This document shows, one piece after another, positions 1 to 10,832 of a stretch of 41,078 nucleotides of DNA. A program made the translations under genes and the position numbers. Source of the stretch: Candidatus Eiseniibacteriota bacterium (GTDB lineage Bacteria; Arandabacterota; Arandabacteria; Arandabacterales; Arandabacteraceae); the NCBI GenBank assembly GCA_043810925.1, contig JBDRNT010000038.1, positions 1-41,078 on the forward strand. Direction: 5' to 3'. The notes beneath the pieces were generated by a model, which saw nothing but the letters and a program-made list of their open reading frames with translations, did no database searches and was not told the DNA's origin. The first letter of the stretch is position 1. Each line of letters starts with the position of its first letter.

Positions 1-9
1 ATTTCCTCC

Positions 10-1515
10 TTGATCTGTTACCTCTACCAGTGTATCCTTCCTCACAAGGCGTATCCTTTCTGCCTGCATATAGCAGGGTCTTCTGGTTACAAGAAGGATA
101 CGCCTCTTCCTTATCCCGTCCACAACTTTCGGTTATACCCCGCATTGGTAAGAAGTCCGACCACATACGCGGATTGGTACAGGCGCCCGGCTCTGGGTCT
201 GGCTTACCTTTGCAGCTATCTCCGTGCCAACTCGTTAGAGTGTAGGATATTCGACGCCTATTACAACTCGTGGTCTGAGGATGAGCTGTGCGACAGAGTA
301 ACTGCCTACAGCCCCGGTCTCGTGGGTTTGACTGCTATGACGCATGAGATAGTCACCGCCGCGCGAATAGCTTCACGCGTAAGGATGCATCTGCGTATGA
401 CCGCAGTCATCGGAGGCTGCCATTGCACGGCACTTCCGGAGAGAACCCTCAGTGAGTTCCCGGTCTTCGATTACGGGATATGCGGTGAGGCAGAAGCAGC
501 TCTTCTGGCCCTCGTCCGCTGCTTGGAACATGCTGATTCCAGGGGACTAGAAGCCGTAGACGGAGTGGTCTTCAGGCGCGGGCAAGAAGTTGTGACCAAC
601 GGTCGTGCTGTCCCGCTTGATCATGACGATCTCGATTGCTATCCGATGCCGGCGTTTGACGATTACTATGGCAATCACAAAGTGCTTAGGAAGCGGAACG
701 CTGCCTACGTTCTGATAAGTAGCAGGGGGTGTCCCTTCAGTTGCGCTTTCTGTATGCGTGTGCTTGGCTCGAAGGTGCGGCGGCGCTCGGCGGAAAGCGT
801 CTGCGATGAAATGGAAGTTGCGATCGAAAGATACGGGGCACATACCTTTGACTTCTGTGACGACACTCTCCTGTACCGCGATGGGAAAACCAGGGACCTT
901 CTGGACCTGATGGTTGCTCGGGGTCTTCAGGTTAAAGCAAGTTGGTGTGGAGTAACCCGTGCCGACCAGGTCGATCGGACCACGGCTCGCATGGCGAAAG
1001 CCTCCGGCTGCTTTCGCCTGGGTATCGGGGTTGAATCGGGTGACGACACCGTACTTGAGACGATCAACAAAGGCATAACCGTTGAGCAAGTCAAGAGCGC
1101 CGTCGCGATCCTGAAGGAAGCGGGCATAGCAGTGGATGCTTATTTCATAGTCGGTCACCCCAATGAGACCGAGGAGAGCCTGCGGAAGACCCTCGAGCTT
1201 GCCGTCGAACTCAACGCTGATACGATAGCTGTTGGCCTGATGGTGCCGTACCCCGGTACGAGAATCCATCAAATGGCTACTCGTGGTGAGGGAGGGTATC
1301 GTCTTCTTACCGAGGATTGGACGAAATACGACAAATATGGTGGAAGGGCGCTCGAACTTGAAGGATTGCCGCATGAAGATTTGGTGAGATGGCAGCGGCG
1401 GATCGTGCTCCGCCCGTATATCAAGAACCGCAGGTTTCTTGACCTTGCCCGATATGTCTGGGTACGAAGACGGGCGCTGTCTTTCTTCGCAAAGCGCCAT
1501 CTTGCAGGCCCGTAA
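10..1515 (+). CDS. B12-binding domain radical SAM protein (5' end may extend upstream of the window)
   Basis: N-terminal B12-binding-like segment (LVGLTAMTHEIVTAARIASRVRMH...VIGGCH). Radical-SAM CxxxCxxC motif SRGCPFSCAFC. The frame is open back to base 1 and the annotated start is TTG. Confidence 0.8.
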   Translation: MICYLYQCILPHKAYPFCLHIAGSSGYKKDTPLPYPVHNFRLYPALVRSPTTYADWYRRPALGLAYLCSYLRANSLECRIFDAYYNSWSEDELCDRVTAYSPGLVGLTAMTHEIVTAARIASRVRMHLRMTAVIGGCHCTALPERTLSEFPVFDYGICGEAEAALLALVRCLEHADSRGLEAVDGVVFRRGQEVVTNGRAVPLDHDDLDCYPMPAFDDYYGNHKVLRKRNAAYVLISSRGCPFSCAFCMRVLGSKVRRRSAESVCDEMEVAIERYGAHTFDFCDDTLLYRDGKTRDLLDLMVARGLQVKASWCGVTRADQVDRTTARMAKASGCFRLGIGVESGDDTVLETINKGITVEQVKSAVAILKEAGIAVDAYFIVGHPNETEESLRKTLELAVELNADTIAVGLMVPYPGTRIHQMATRGEGGYRLLTEDWTKYDKYGGRALELEGLPHEDLVRWQRRIVLRPYIKNRRFLDLARYVWVRRRALSFFAKRHLAGP

Positions 1516-1530
1516 TATTGATCATCCCGG

Positions 1531-1559
1531 TTGACAGTAAGGCCAAAAACGCTTATATT
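1531..1559 (+). promoter_or_regulatory. candidate sigma70-type promoter upstream of acs
   Basis: TTGACA (1531-1536), 17-nt spacer, then TATATT (1554-1559). A 16-bp palindrome ATCTGATTCATCAGAT (1650-1665) and a direct repeat GTTGTAAATCAT x2 (1687-1698 and 1702-1713) lie between this promoter and the acs start. Confidence 0.3.
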
Positions 1560-1777
1560 ATCACGATCTATCTTGACACATCTGAAGTAACCAATTAACG
1601 CTGTATCGTGATGTGCGAAAGGAGGATCTATAGCCGGGGGCCGAAGAGCATCTGATTCATCAGATACGCAGTTTGAGAGACGGCAGTTGTAAATCATATA
1701 GGTTGTAAATCATCAGGATGTTATCAAAAAGAAGCACAAGTGTGTCAGATCTACACCGAAGGGAGGAAGGAAGGACG

Positions 1778-3763
<1,986 letters not shown>

Positions 3764-3906
3764 ATCAGATTTTGAGTATGAGGAGTATCCGGGAAACAAA
3801 GTACTTGAATCTCGGGTACTCTTCTCTTATGACTAAGGCGTGTTGGTAGCGCGGCCGGACTCGATGTGTGCCGGTTTCCGTCGGGAATCAGTATAGGAGG
3901 TCTTTT

Positions 3907-5151
3907 GTGGAACAGAAGGTTATGAATCGCTGGTTGGTTGTGGTCGGTGCTCTTCTGGTGCAACTGTGCCTTGGCGCCATCTACGCCTGGGGTGCCTTCA
4001 CGACGGCACTGCAGGATCCGAATGGTCCGTTTCAGTACTCTGCCTCACAGACCTCATGGATATTCTCGGCAGGACTGGCATCTTTCGCCTTCACCATGAT
4101 ACTTGCCGGCCGGCTTCAGGACAGGTTCGGTCCGCGTATCATCGCGGTGATCGGCGGGCTCACGCTGGGAGTAGGTTATTGTCTTGCAAGTCTCACCGGG
4201 ACATCTTTCCCGTTGATGCTGTTCTTCATCGGTATCGTCGGTGGTGCCGGTATCGGCATGGGCTATGTGTGTCCCATCGCTGCATGCGTTAAGTGGTTTC
4301 CGGATCTCAAGGGTCTTATCACAGGTCTTGCCGTGGCAGGATTCGGTGCCGGGGCCTTCATATTCGTCAAACTCGCCGGTTCGTGGATGAACCTGATCGA
4401 GGTCCACGGTGTCAACGGAACATTCCTGGTGTTCGGTATCATCTTTGCGATTTCCGTAGTCATCGGCGGGCTTTTGCTGTCAAATCCTCCGAAGGGCTGG
4501 AAGCCTGCAGGCTGGAATCCTCCGACGGCTAAAGACGGCTCGGTTCTGGCGACGGTCAAGAATCTCACCCAAAACCAGGTGGTCAGGACGGCGCAATTCT
4601 GGATGATCTGGCTCGCCTTTGTGTTCAGTGCCGGATGCGGGCTGATGGTCATAAAGAGCCTCAAGAACTTCGGTGTGCTTCAGGGCGGTCTCACGGCTGC
4701 GGCCGCGGGCTCTGCCCTGGGTCTTCTGGCCCTCTTTAACGGTCTCGGCAGGATCGTCTGGGGAACGCTCTCTCACAAGCTAACCGCCAAAGGTGCGGTC
4801 ATTCTCATGTGTGTGCTTCAGGGCGCGATGATGTTCCTGCTCATCCGGATGGGTTCGAGTGCGATGACGCTGACAGTTGCGGCGTGCTGGCTGGGCTTCA
4901 ATTTCGGCGGCAACTTCGCCCTGTTCCCGCTTCTCACGCTTGAAAACTTCGGCCCGAAGAACCTTGGTGCCAATTACGGCGTGGTCTTTTCGGCCTACGG
5001 CGTCGGCGGGATACTCGGCCCGGTCATGGCAGGTCGGGTGTGGGACACAATGGGGACATTCTATGTTGCGTTCATTATCGCAGCGGTTGCTTGTCTGCTT
5101 GCTGCGGGACTGGCGCTGATGCTTAAACCGATAAAAGCAGAGGTTGCGTAA
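3907..5151 (+). CDS. MFS transporter, oxalate/formate antiporter (OFA)-like family
   Basis: About 12 predicted TM helices. The N-terminal region LVVVGALLVQLCLGAIYAWGAF is typical of OFA/MFS_1 proteins. A GTG start at 3907 sits 6 nt after AGGAGG, and an ATG at 3922 is an alternative. Confidence 0.8.
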   Translation: MEQKVMNRWLVVVGALLVQLCLGAIYAWGAFTTALQDPNGPFQYSASQTSWIFSAGLASFAFTMILAGRLQDRFGPRIIAVIGGLTLGVGYCLASLTGTSFPLMLFFIGIVGGAGIGMGYVCPIAACVKWFPDLKGLITGLAVAGFGAGAFIFVKLAGSWMNLIEVHGVNGTFLVFGIIFAISVVIGGLLLSNPPKGWKPAGWNPPTAKDGSVLATVKNLTQNQVVRTAQFWMIWLAFVFSAGCGLMVIKSLKNFGVLQGGLTAAAAGSALGLLALFNGLGRIVWGTLSHKLTAKGAVILMCVLQGAMMFLLIRMGSSAMTLTVAACWLGFNFGGNFALFPLLTLENFGPKNLGANYGVVFSAYGVGGILGPVMAGRVWDTMGTFYVAFIIAAVACLLAAGLALMLKPIKAEVA

Positions 5152-5199
5152 GCTTAAATATACCTGACAGGTTCACAGCGTAAGGAGTGAGAGAAAGCC

Positions 5200-6318
5200 A
5201 TGAAGAAGAGTATGTGTGTCTGCTTAAGTTTACTGGTAGTGTTCGCGGCATCGGGTCTGTTTGCGGGTCCCAAGGTGGAGTTCGGGGACGATTCATATCT
5301 CCAGTTTAGTTTTCTCGGCCAGTTCCACGGCCGGTTCGTTGACCAGGAGGACGCTCTCGAAAACGATGACATCTTCATGAAGCGGGGGAGATTCATCGTG
5401 GCGGGTCAGATAGCGGACGGCATCAAGGTCTTCGTGGAGACGGATAACGCCAACGCCGGCATGATCGGATCCAGTTCATCCACGGTGATCCAGGACGCGT
5501 TTATCGACCTGGGTATCGGTGGGTCCGGCCACTGGGTAATGGCGGGTCTTATCCTGCTTCCGTTCTCATTTGAAAACGGCTCGTCAGCTGCAAGCCTGCT
5601 GGGCATCGACTATAACTCCGAAGCAGTGAAGTTCACCAACCACTTCGTGTGGAGAGACTACGGGGCGATGCTGCACGGTTCTATCGCCAACAAGTTTGCC
5701 TACAGCGTAGGTGTTTTTGACGGATATGATAACGTCAGTACTTCCGTCACCCGGACGGATGTCACAACGGTGACTACGGTCAAGGGGAAGAACCCCGAGG
5801 CCGGCGCACGCCTGACGGGCCACGTACACTATGCCCTTCTGGGTGCGGCCCAGTCCGGCTGGTTCTACGCCCAGGACAGGCTTGGAAAGGCCGGGGATTA
5901 TGTTCTCGTTGGGGCGGGTCTCGACATGCAGACGGACGCGACCTTTGAGTCCGTGGTGACCGTTGGAGACGGCACAACGCTCACGAGCACGACGATAATG
6001 GATTCAGAAAACTGGGTGGTTGACTGTCAGGCAGGCATGGATCTCGGCAGTGTGGACGGCGTGTTGAACGCCGGTTTCTATGAATGGGACAGCACGTACA
6101 AGGGCAACACGTTCTTCACTGAGGCTGGAGTGAGAAAGCGTAACGCTATGCTCACGCTTAAGTACTCCCAGCAGAGCCCGGACGAGGGAGACGACACAAC
6201 GGACTTCACGTACGGTCTTCACTACTTCCTTAAAGGGCACTCAACCGTGGCGGGTATCGAATACCGGACTGGGGATTCCATCTCACAAGCACTGTGTGCA
6301 ATCAAGTTCCTGCTGTAG
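5200..6318 (+). CDS. secreted beta-rich protein, phosphate-selective porin O/P-like (putative outer-membrane porin)
   Basis: Signal peptide MKKSMCVCLSLLVVFAASGLFA. The FMKRGRFIVAGQ...VIQDAFIDLG...LPFSFEN pattern resembles the porin O/P family. Confidence 0.5.
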   Translation: MKKSMCVCLSLLVVFAASGLFAGPKVEFGDDSYLQFSFLGQFHGRFVDQEDALENDDIFMKRGRFIVAGQIADGIKVFVETDNANAGMIGSSSSTVIQDAFIDLGIGGSGHWVMAGLILLPFSFENGSSAASLLGIDYNSEAVKFTNHFVWRDYGAMLHGSIANKFAYSVGVFDGYDNVSTSVTRTDVTTVTTVKGKNPEAGARLTGHVHYALLGAAQSGWFYAQDRLGKAGDYVLVGAGLDMQTDATFESVVTVGDGTTLTSTTIMDSENWVVDCQAGMDLGSVDGVLNAGFYEWDSTYKGNTFFTEAGVRKRNAMLTLKYSQQSPDEGDDTTDFTYGLHYFLKGHSTVAGIEYRTGDSISQALCAIKFLL

Positions 6319-6397
6319 AATCACGGTGTACGTGTACCCATTTGGGGCCCAAGAGACATCTTAAGTAAGTACGTGCTCTGACGATTGGGGAACCTGC

Positions 6398-8251
6398 ATG
6401 GGGTTCATCAAGACGATTCTCAAGTTTGGTGCCGCTCCGGCCGCATTCCTAGGCCTCCTTGTCGGTTTCGAACTTGCCGGAGTCAACTACGTCTGGGAAG
6501 TGCCGCGTGATCTTTTCTTCCTGCTTTTCTGGTCGGTGCTACTGTTCGCTTTGGTGGGGTTCATACTGGGGACAATCGGCGCAGTCCTGGGTGCCCTGAG
6601 AAGCCTCGGTACGGGTGGACTGGCTTTTCTCATTGTCACAATCTCAGCAGGCGTTTTCATTTTCGCTGACAGGTTTGCGGCATGCTACCACTGTCACCAG
6701 TTTCTTGATCACCGTGCACCCCACCTGATATACCATCCGTTTAAGAGTTTCATGTTGGCGGCGGCGGTTGCACTGGCCTCGGCGGCTGCAGGCGCCCTGG
6801 CAGGTCTCATCGCGCTTGTGATTGTCCGCAGGTGGTCTTCGCGCAAGGTCAGGATAGGCTTCTTCGGAGCCGTGGCCGCCGTAGCCATAGTAAGTTGTGT
6901 CTGGAGTTATCTATCCGTTCCCACACGGGGCGTGGCAGCATATGCCGATCCAAAGACCGGTGCCCCCGAGCGGATTGGCGGTATCGATAAGGTTCTTCTC
7001 ATCATTGACGACGGCGTTACATGGGATATCATCGATCCCCTGATGCGTGAGGGAAGACTCCCCGCATACCGCAGGCTCACGAAAGAAGGTACGAGGGCGG
7101 ACCTGGCAACGCTTTCGCCGACCGTTTCCCCCCCTGTTTGGACCACGCTGGCCACAGGACACTCACCTGAGCGGCACGCCGTCGGCGGCTTCATCAATTA
7201 CGCGTTCCCCGGTATGAAGAACGGCATAGCCAAGTTTCCGTGCCCGACGCGGATGATGCTGCCCGACATCTTCATAAAACTTCATGCCCGAGGCTTCGGA
7301 AGTTCGCGCCCGCTCGGCCCGAGTCATCGGAGAGTTAGGGCTGTCTGGAACATAGCCGGCGACGCCGGCGCGGATGTGGGAATAGTGGGGTGGCGGTATA
7401 CCTGGCCGGTGGAAGGAGTCCGTGGGTTCATGGTTTCCGACCGGCTTCACGCCGATGAACCAAGAGATCATGTCCACCCTCCCGAGCTGGCCTCCTATAT
7501 CTCCGACATTACCGGCGGGCTTCCCGAACCCAGCCTGTCAAGGTTCATAGGCTGCCCGGCAGAGAGTCTCGAGGCATACCCGAAAGCGAGCGACAGGATC
7601 AACATGCTCAAGTGGCATCTCAAATCGGACCTCAGGTACCAGGCCGTAGCGGAGAGCCTGTTCGGCACGATGCACGCAAGTCTTATGGCCATGGGACTTA
7701 CAAGCATAGACGCGATTGAACATCTTTTCTACTACGAGCACTCCCTGAAGCGTCATCCGGAGGAGTATCCCATGACCGACTACCTGTCGAGATTTACGTC
7801 GGAACCTCTGGTCAAGTGGCTGGGTGACACGATAGAAAACACCTATGTCTTCCACGACAGTCTGATGGGGTTCTGGATGGACTGGTTGGGTGACGACTAC
7901 GCCCTTATCATTGCGTCCGATCATGGTCACGCTATGGACGGGGATGCACATCATTATCCTGAGTCCGGCATCCTGATTCTGTGGGGTAGGCCTTTCAGAC
8001 AGGGTGTGACTCTGACGGAGGCGTCGGTCTATGACATTGCCCCCACGGTCCTCTACCTGCTGGGCCTGCCGATTGGTGAGGACATGCCGGGAAGGGTTCT
8101 AACGGAAGCTTTCCGCGACACCTGGCTTGCACGCCACTCGATTGCGACAATCGAGACCTACGAGATCGGGCGGCTTCATGCAGGCAAAGCTCCCCCTGAG
8201 GTCGATGACCAGCTCCTGGACAGGCTCAAGGCGCTGGGATATATAAACTAA
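6398..8251 (+). CDS. membrane-anchored alkaline-phosphatase-superfamily protein (type I phosphodiesterase / nucleotide pyrophosphatase-like)
   Basis: About 5 N-terminal TM helices with a CYHCHQFLDHRAPH loop. It then has LIIDDGVTWD...PTVSPPVWTTLATGHSPERHAVGGF and ASDHGHAMDG, which match the PF01663-type metal-site pattern. It is paralogous to the central domain of the 17237-20080 protein. Confidence 0.75.
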   Translation: MGFIKTILKFGAAPAAFLGLLVGFELAGVNYVWEVPRDLFFLLFWSVLLFALVGFILGTIGAVLGALRSLGTGGLAFLIVTISAGVFIFADRFAACYHCHQFLDHRAPHLIYHPFKSFMLAAAVALASAAAGALAGLIALVIVRRWSSRKVRIGFFGAVAAVAIVSCVWSYLSVPTRGVAAYADPKTGAPERIGGIDKVLLIIDDGVTWDIIDPLMREGRLPAYRRLTKEGTRADLATLSPTVSPPVWTTLATGHSPERHAVGGFINYAFPGMKNGIAKFPCPTRMMLPDIFIKLHARGFGSSRPLGPSHRRVRAVWNIAGDAGADVGIVGWRYTWPVEGVRGFMVSDRLHADEPRDHVHPPELASYISDITGGLPEPSLSRFIGCPAESLEAYPKASDRINMLKWHLKSDLRYQAVAESLFGTMHASLMAMGLTSIDAIEHLFYYEHSLKRHPEEYPMTDYLSRFTSEPLVKWLGDTIENTYVFHDSLMGFWMDWLGDDYALIIASDHGHAMDGDAHHYPESGILILWGRPFRQGVTLTEASVYDIAPTVLYLLGLPIGEDMPGRVLTEAFRDTWLARHSIATIETYEIGRLHAGKAPPEVDDQLLDRLKALGYIN

Positions 8252-8287
8252 GCATCTCCGCGCACCTCGGAACCTCGCCGGCAGGGC

Positions 8288-8875
8288 TTAGATCACAAAC
8301 CGCATGATGGGTCTATGCTCGGAGCGGCGGGCAACCTCCTTGAAACCGGCATCAAGGTATGCCGATGCCAACCCATGAAATGCGAACGCGTCCGGGGTCT
8401 TGCCTTTTTTGGGCTCCACCGGGTAGCCCTCGACGATTTTACCACCCTGCTTCCTGACATGCTCTATGGCGGCCCGGAGGAGCTGCGTTGAGACACCGGT
8501 TCGCCTGTAACGCTTTGCTACAAACAGACATACGATGGACCATACCGCTCTGTCATCGACAGGTCTGAGTATCCTCGAGGTCTTGAGCCTCGTATATTCT
8601 TCCCGTGGAGCCACCGAGCACCAGCCCACGGCATGACCCTCGTAATAGGCGAGAATCCCGGGGACAATGCCGGATCTCACCAGCGCCTGCATGGCCTTTC
8701 GGTTGGCGTCACCCTTGCGGGCCTCGAATTCTTTATGAGTGAGCCTGAACCACATGCACCAGCAGCCCCCACAGGCCCCTCGCTTCCCGAAGAGGTCTTC
8801 AAAGTCAGCCCATTCCTTCGGTGTGAGTTGTTTGAACTTAAGTTGCGCGCTTGCGTGCCTGCCGGCTGCCGTCAT
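8288..8875 (-). CDS. GNAT family N-acetyltransferase
   Basis: Acetyl-CoA-binding region VAKRYRRTGVSTQLLRAAIEHVRKQG. Its ATG overlaps the upstream gene's stop (ATGA), which suggests an operon. Confidence 0.75.
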   Translation of the reverse strand: MTAAGRHASAQLKFKQLTPKEWADFEDLFGKRGACGGCWCMWFRLTHKEFEARKGDANRKAMQALVRSGIVPGILAYYEGHAVGWCSVAPREEYTRLKTSRILRPVDDRAVWSIVCLFVAKRYRRTGVSTQLLRAAIEHVRKQGGKIVEGYPVEPKKGKTPDAFAFHGLASAYLDAGFKEVARRSEHRPIMRFVI

Positions 8876-9426
8876 TCCCCGAACCCTAGGGTGATGTTCA
8901 AGACCCCATCTTCAACGAGGACACTCTTAAGCACCATCTTGGCGATCGCCTGCTTGATCCCGGATAACTCCAGCCTGTAGACCTCGTAGTCATCCAGGTA
9001 CTCCTTGGCGACGATGGTCGCCGCGAGCATCACCTCATCATGATACTTCTCGGGTAGAAGTGAGATATCCAGGGTCTCAACAAGCGGATCGACGAGCGAG
9101 AGTGAGGCCTCCTCCGGGTCAAACCTGATTCCGGCCGTCATATGCGCTCTCCCGGCGAGGTCCGTGTCACTTACGCTGACATTGGTTGCCGCGGTTACGC
9201 CGAACCCGATGCGGTTGGATCCCTCCTTGAGGGACACGGTAGGGTCCTTCAGAGTCAGTTTGAATACTGCAAGATACCTCTTGGAAATCGGAAATACCGG
9301 ATTGAGTTTCTCCTGAATCTGCTCCGGTGTGATCTTGATGACATAGCCTTCCCGCGTCAGATTGCAGCCCGAAATGCCTGAGCACACGATAATAGCGATT
9401 CCCGCAAGTGCCAGGGTCTTTTTCAT
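8872..9426 (-). CDS. lipoprotein (DUF1439/YceB-like)
   Basis: Signal peptide plus lipobox ISGC. The start was moved to ATG 9426, which is preceded by GGGAGGAG. Confidence 0.6.
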   Translation of the reverse strand: MKKTLALAGIAIIVCSGISGCNLTREGYVIKITPEQIQEKLNPVFPISKRYLAVFKLTLKDPTVSLKEGSNRIGFGVTAATNVSVSDTDLAGRAHMTAGIRFDPEEASLSLVDPLVETLDISLLPEKYHDEVMLAATIVAKEYLDDYEVYRLELSGIKQAIAKMVLKSVLVEDGVLNITLGFGE

Positions 9427-9591
9427 GGCTCCTCCCATTTGATCTGTCTTCCGTATGATGGATCAACCAACCCGGCTGTGTCAACCACCGGTTGCAGCCG
9501 GCAGGGTGAATGCCCCCCACGTTTCCGCATATGCTGGGAATCGGGTTCTGAGGACTATAATAGTCGTAAGCGCTTGATTAAGGTAGAGTTG

Positions 9592-10239
9592 TCAACCACG
9601 AACCTGCTTGAGAATCTGATCGGTGGTGGTCACGTAGGCGAACGCGTAGGCAAGATTCTTGAGTGTTGCCGCCTGGAACTCCGGTTCTGAGGTCGCCGTG
9701 GCATCCGCAAGGAAAAAGACCCTGAAATCACGGAAGAAGGCGTCTCGGGCCGTCGATTCGCAGCAGACATTTGTCAAGACACCGGTGATTATAAGATCGG
9801 TGACCCCCATCCCCCTTAAAGTTATCTCTAAGTCGGTGTTATAAAAAGCGCTATATCGATGCTTCCAGATCACCTTCTCGCTCTTCCGGGGCTTTAGCCC
9901 GGCATAGATGCGGGCACCTGTCGATCCTTTGATCAGACACCTGCCCTCCTTTATCTGGGGCCACCACTCGGCCGTCATCCCTCCGTCGATTGCCGGGTCT
10001 TCGTGGATATGTCCCGTGAAGACGACGTGTATCGATGCATTCCTGCATGCGGAAATGAGCCTTTTCACGTTGGGGACGATCTCGGAGGCGTAATGGAAGA
10101 ATATCGCGCCATCTTCCGCCAGGAACTCATTCTGCATGTCTATTACAAGGAGACAAGCCTTCCTGCTTCTGAGTCTCAGCGTGTGGGAATTGAAGTGTTT
10201 TATCTCTCGGAGCCATTTCTCTGTCTGGTCGGTCCACAT
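9592..10239 (-). CDS. isochorismatase-family cysteine hydrolase
   Basis: Motifs LLVIDMQNEF, HVVFTGH and ITGVLTNVCCESTARDA. The start was set to ATG 10239, which is preceded by GAAGGAGG 9 nt upstream. The ORF-track N-terminal extension to 10425 is not supported. Confidence 0.85.
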   Translation of the reverse strand: MWTDQTEKWLREIKHFNSHTLRLRSRKACLLVIDMQNEFLAEDGAIFFHYASEIVPNVKRLISACRNASIHVVFTGHIHEDPAIDGGMTAEWWPQIKEGRCLIKGSTGARIYAGLKPRKSEKVIWKHRYSAFYNTDLEITLRGMGVTDLIITGVLTNVCCESTARDAFFRDFRVFFLADATATSEPEFQAATLKNLAYAFAYVTTTDQILKQVRG

Positions 10240-10394
10240 GCTTGCCGGTGCCTCCTTCAGATCACTGTTCCAAGTTAAGGATATGCTACGAGGGGATGAT
10301 TTCAAAGCAGATTCTCGGTCGGGGTATACCACCCCCGACCTTATGCCCAAGGTGCGTCCTTGTGTCTCTGTATCCTTCGGGTGATCCTGACTGC

Positions 10395-10709
10395 CTACTT
10401 CCTGCGCATAGGATGACCGCAGCACATAAGCCTGCTGATACCAAGCCCTTCCTTGCTTACACCGACCTCAACACCGCAGAGCACGCATGTGAACTTCGGC
10501 TTAGGCTTGCTCCTTGGTTTGGCCTTCGCAGCCGGCTTCCGTTTTGTGGCTTTCTTCTTCGCGACCTTCTTCTTAGCGGTTTTCTTGGTCATCCTCTTTT
10601 TCACCGTCTTCTTGACTGCCTTCCGAGCCGTTCGCTTTTTCACGGTCTTCTTGGCCTTTTTACTTGCCGGTTTCTTCTTCGCTGCCTTCTTGGCCCTCCT
10701 GACTACCAT
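10395..10709 (-). CDS. small histone-H1-like Lys/Ala-rich protein with C-terminal Cys4His cluster
   Basis: About 70 aa of KKxxKK/AKK repeats, then CVLCGVEVGVSKEGLGISRLMCCGHPMRRK. A strong ribosome-binding site GAGGAGGTGA sits 5 nt upstream of the ATG. Confidence 0.65.
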   Translation of the reverse strand: MVVRRAKKAAKKKPASKKAKKTVKKRTARKAVKKTVKKRMTKKTAKKKVAKKKATKRKPAAKAKPRSKPKPKFTCVLCGVEVGVSKEGLGISRLMCCGHPMRRK

Positions 10710-10832
10710 CGAATCACCTCCTCTCTGTGAATTTGGTTTTACCCAACTGTTGAGTATATTAGGACTGGAAATCCTGTCAAGGGTTTCTTTAATATGTTGC
10801 TATAAGCTTAATAGATCTAAGAGGAGGTCCAG

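Noticed and set aside
547-1500. 317-aa minus-strand ORF.
   Set aside because: It lies antisense to the radical SAM gene, whose CxxxCxxC motif is clear.
6398-8251. BREX PglZ-type alkaline phosphatase, i.e. a phage-defence island.
   Set aside because: The core matches PF01663 phosphodiesterase-like motifs rather than PglZ. There are no partner genes such as a methyltransferase, an ATPase or a Lon-like protease in the window.
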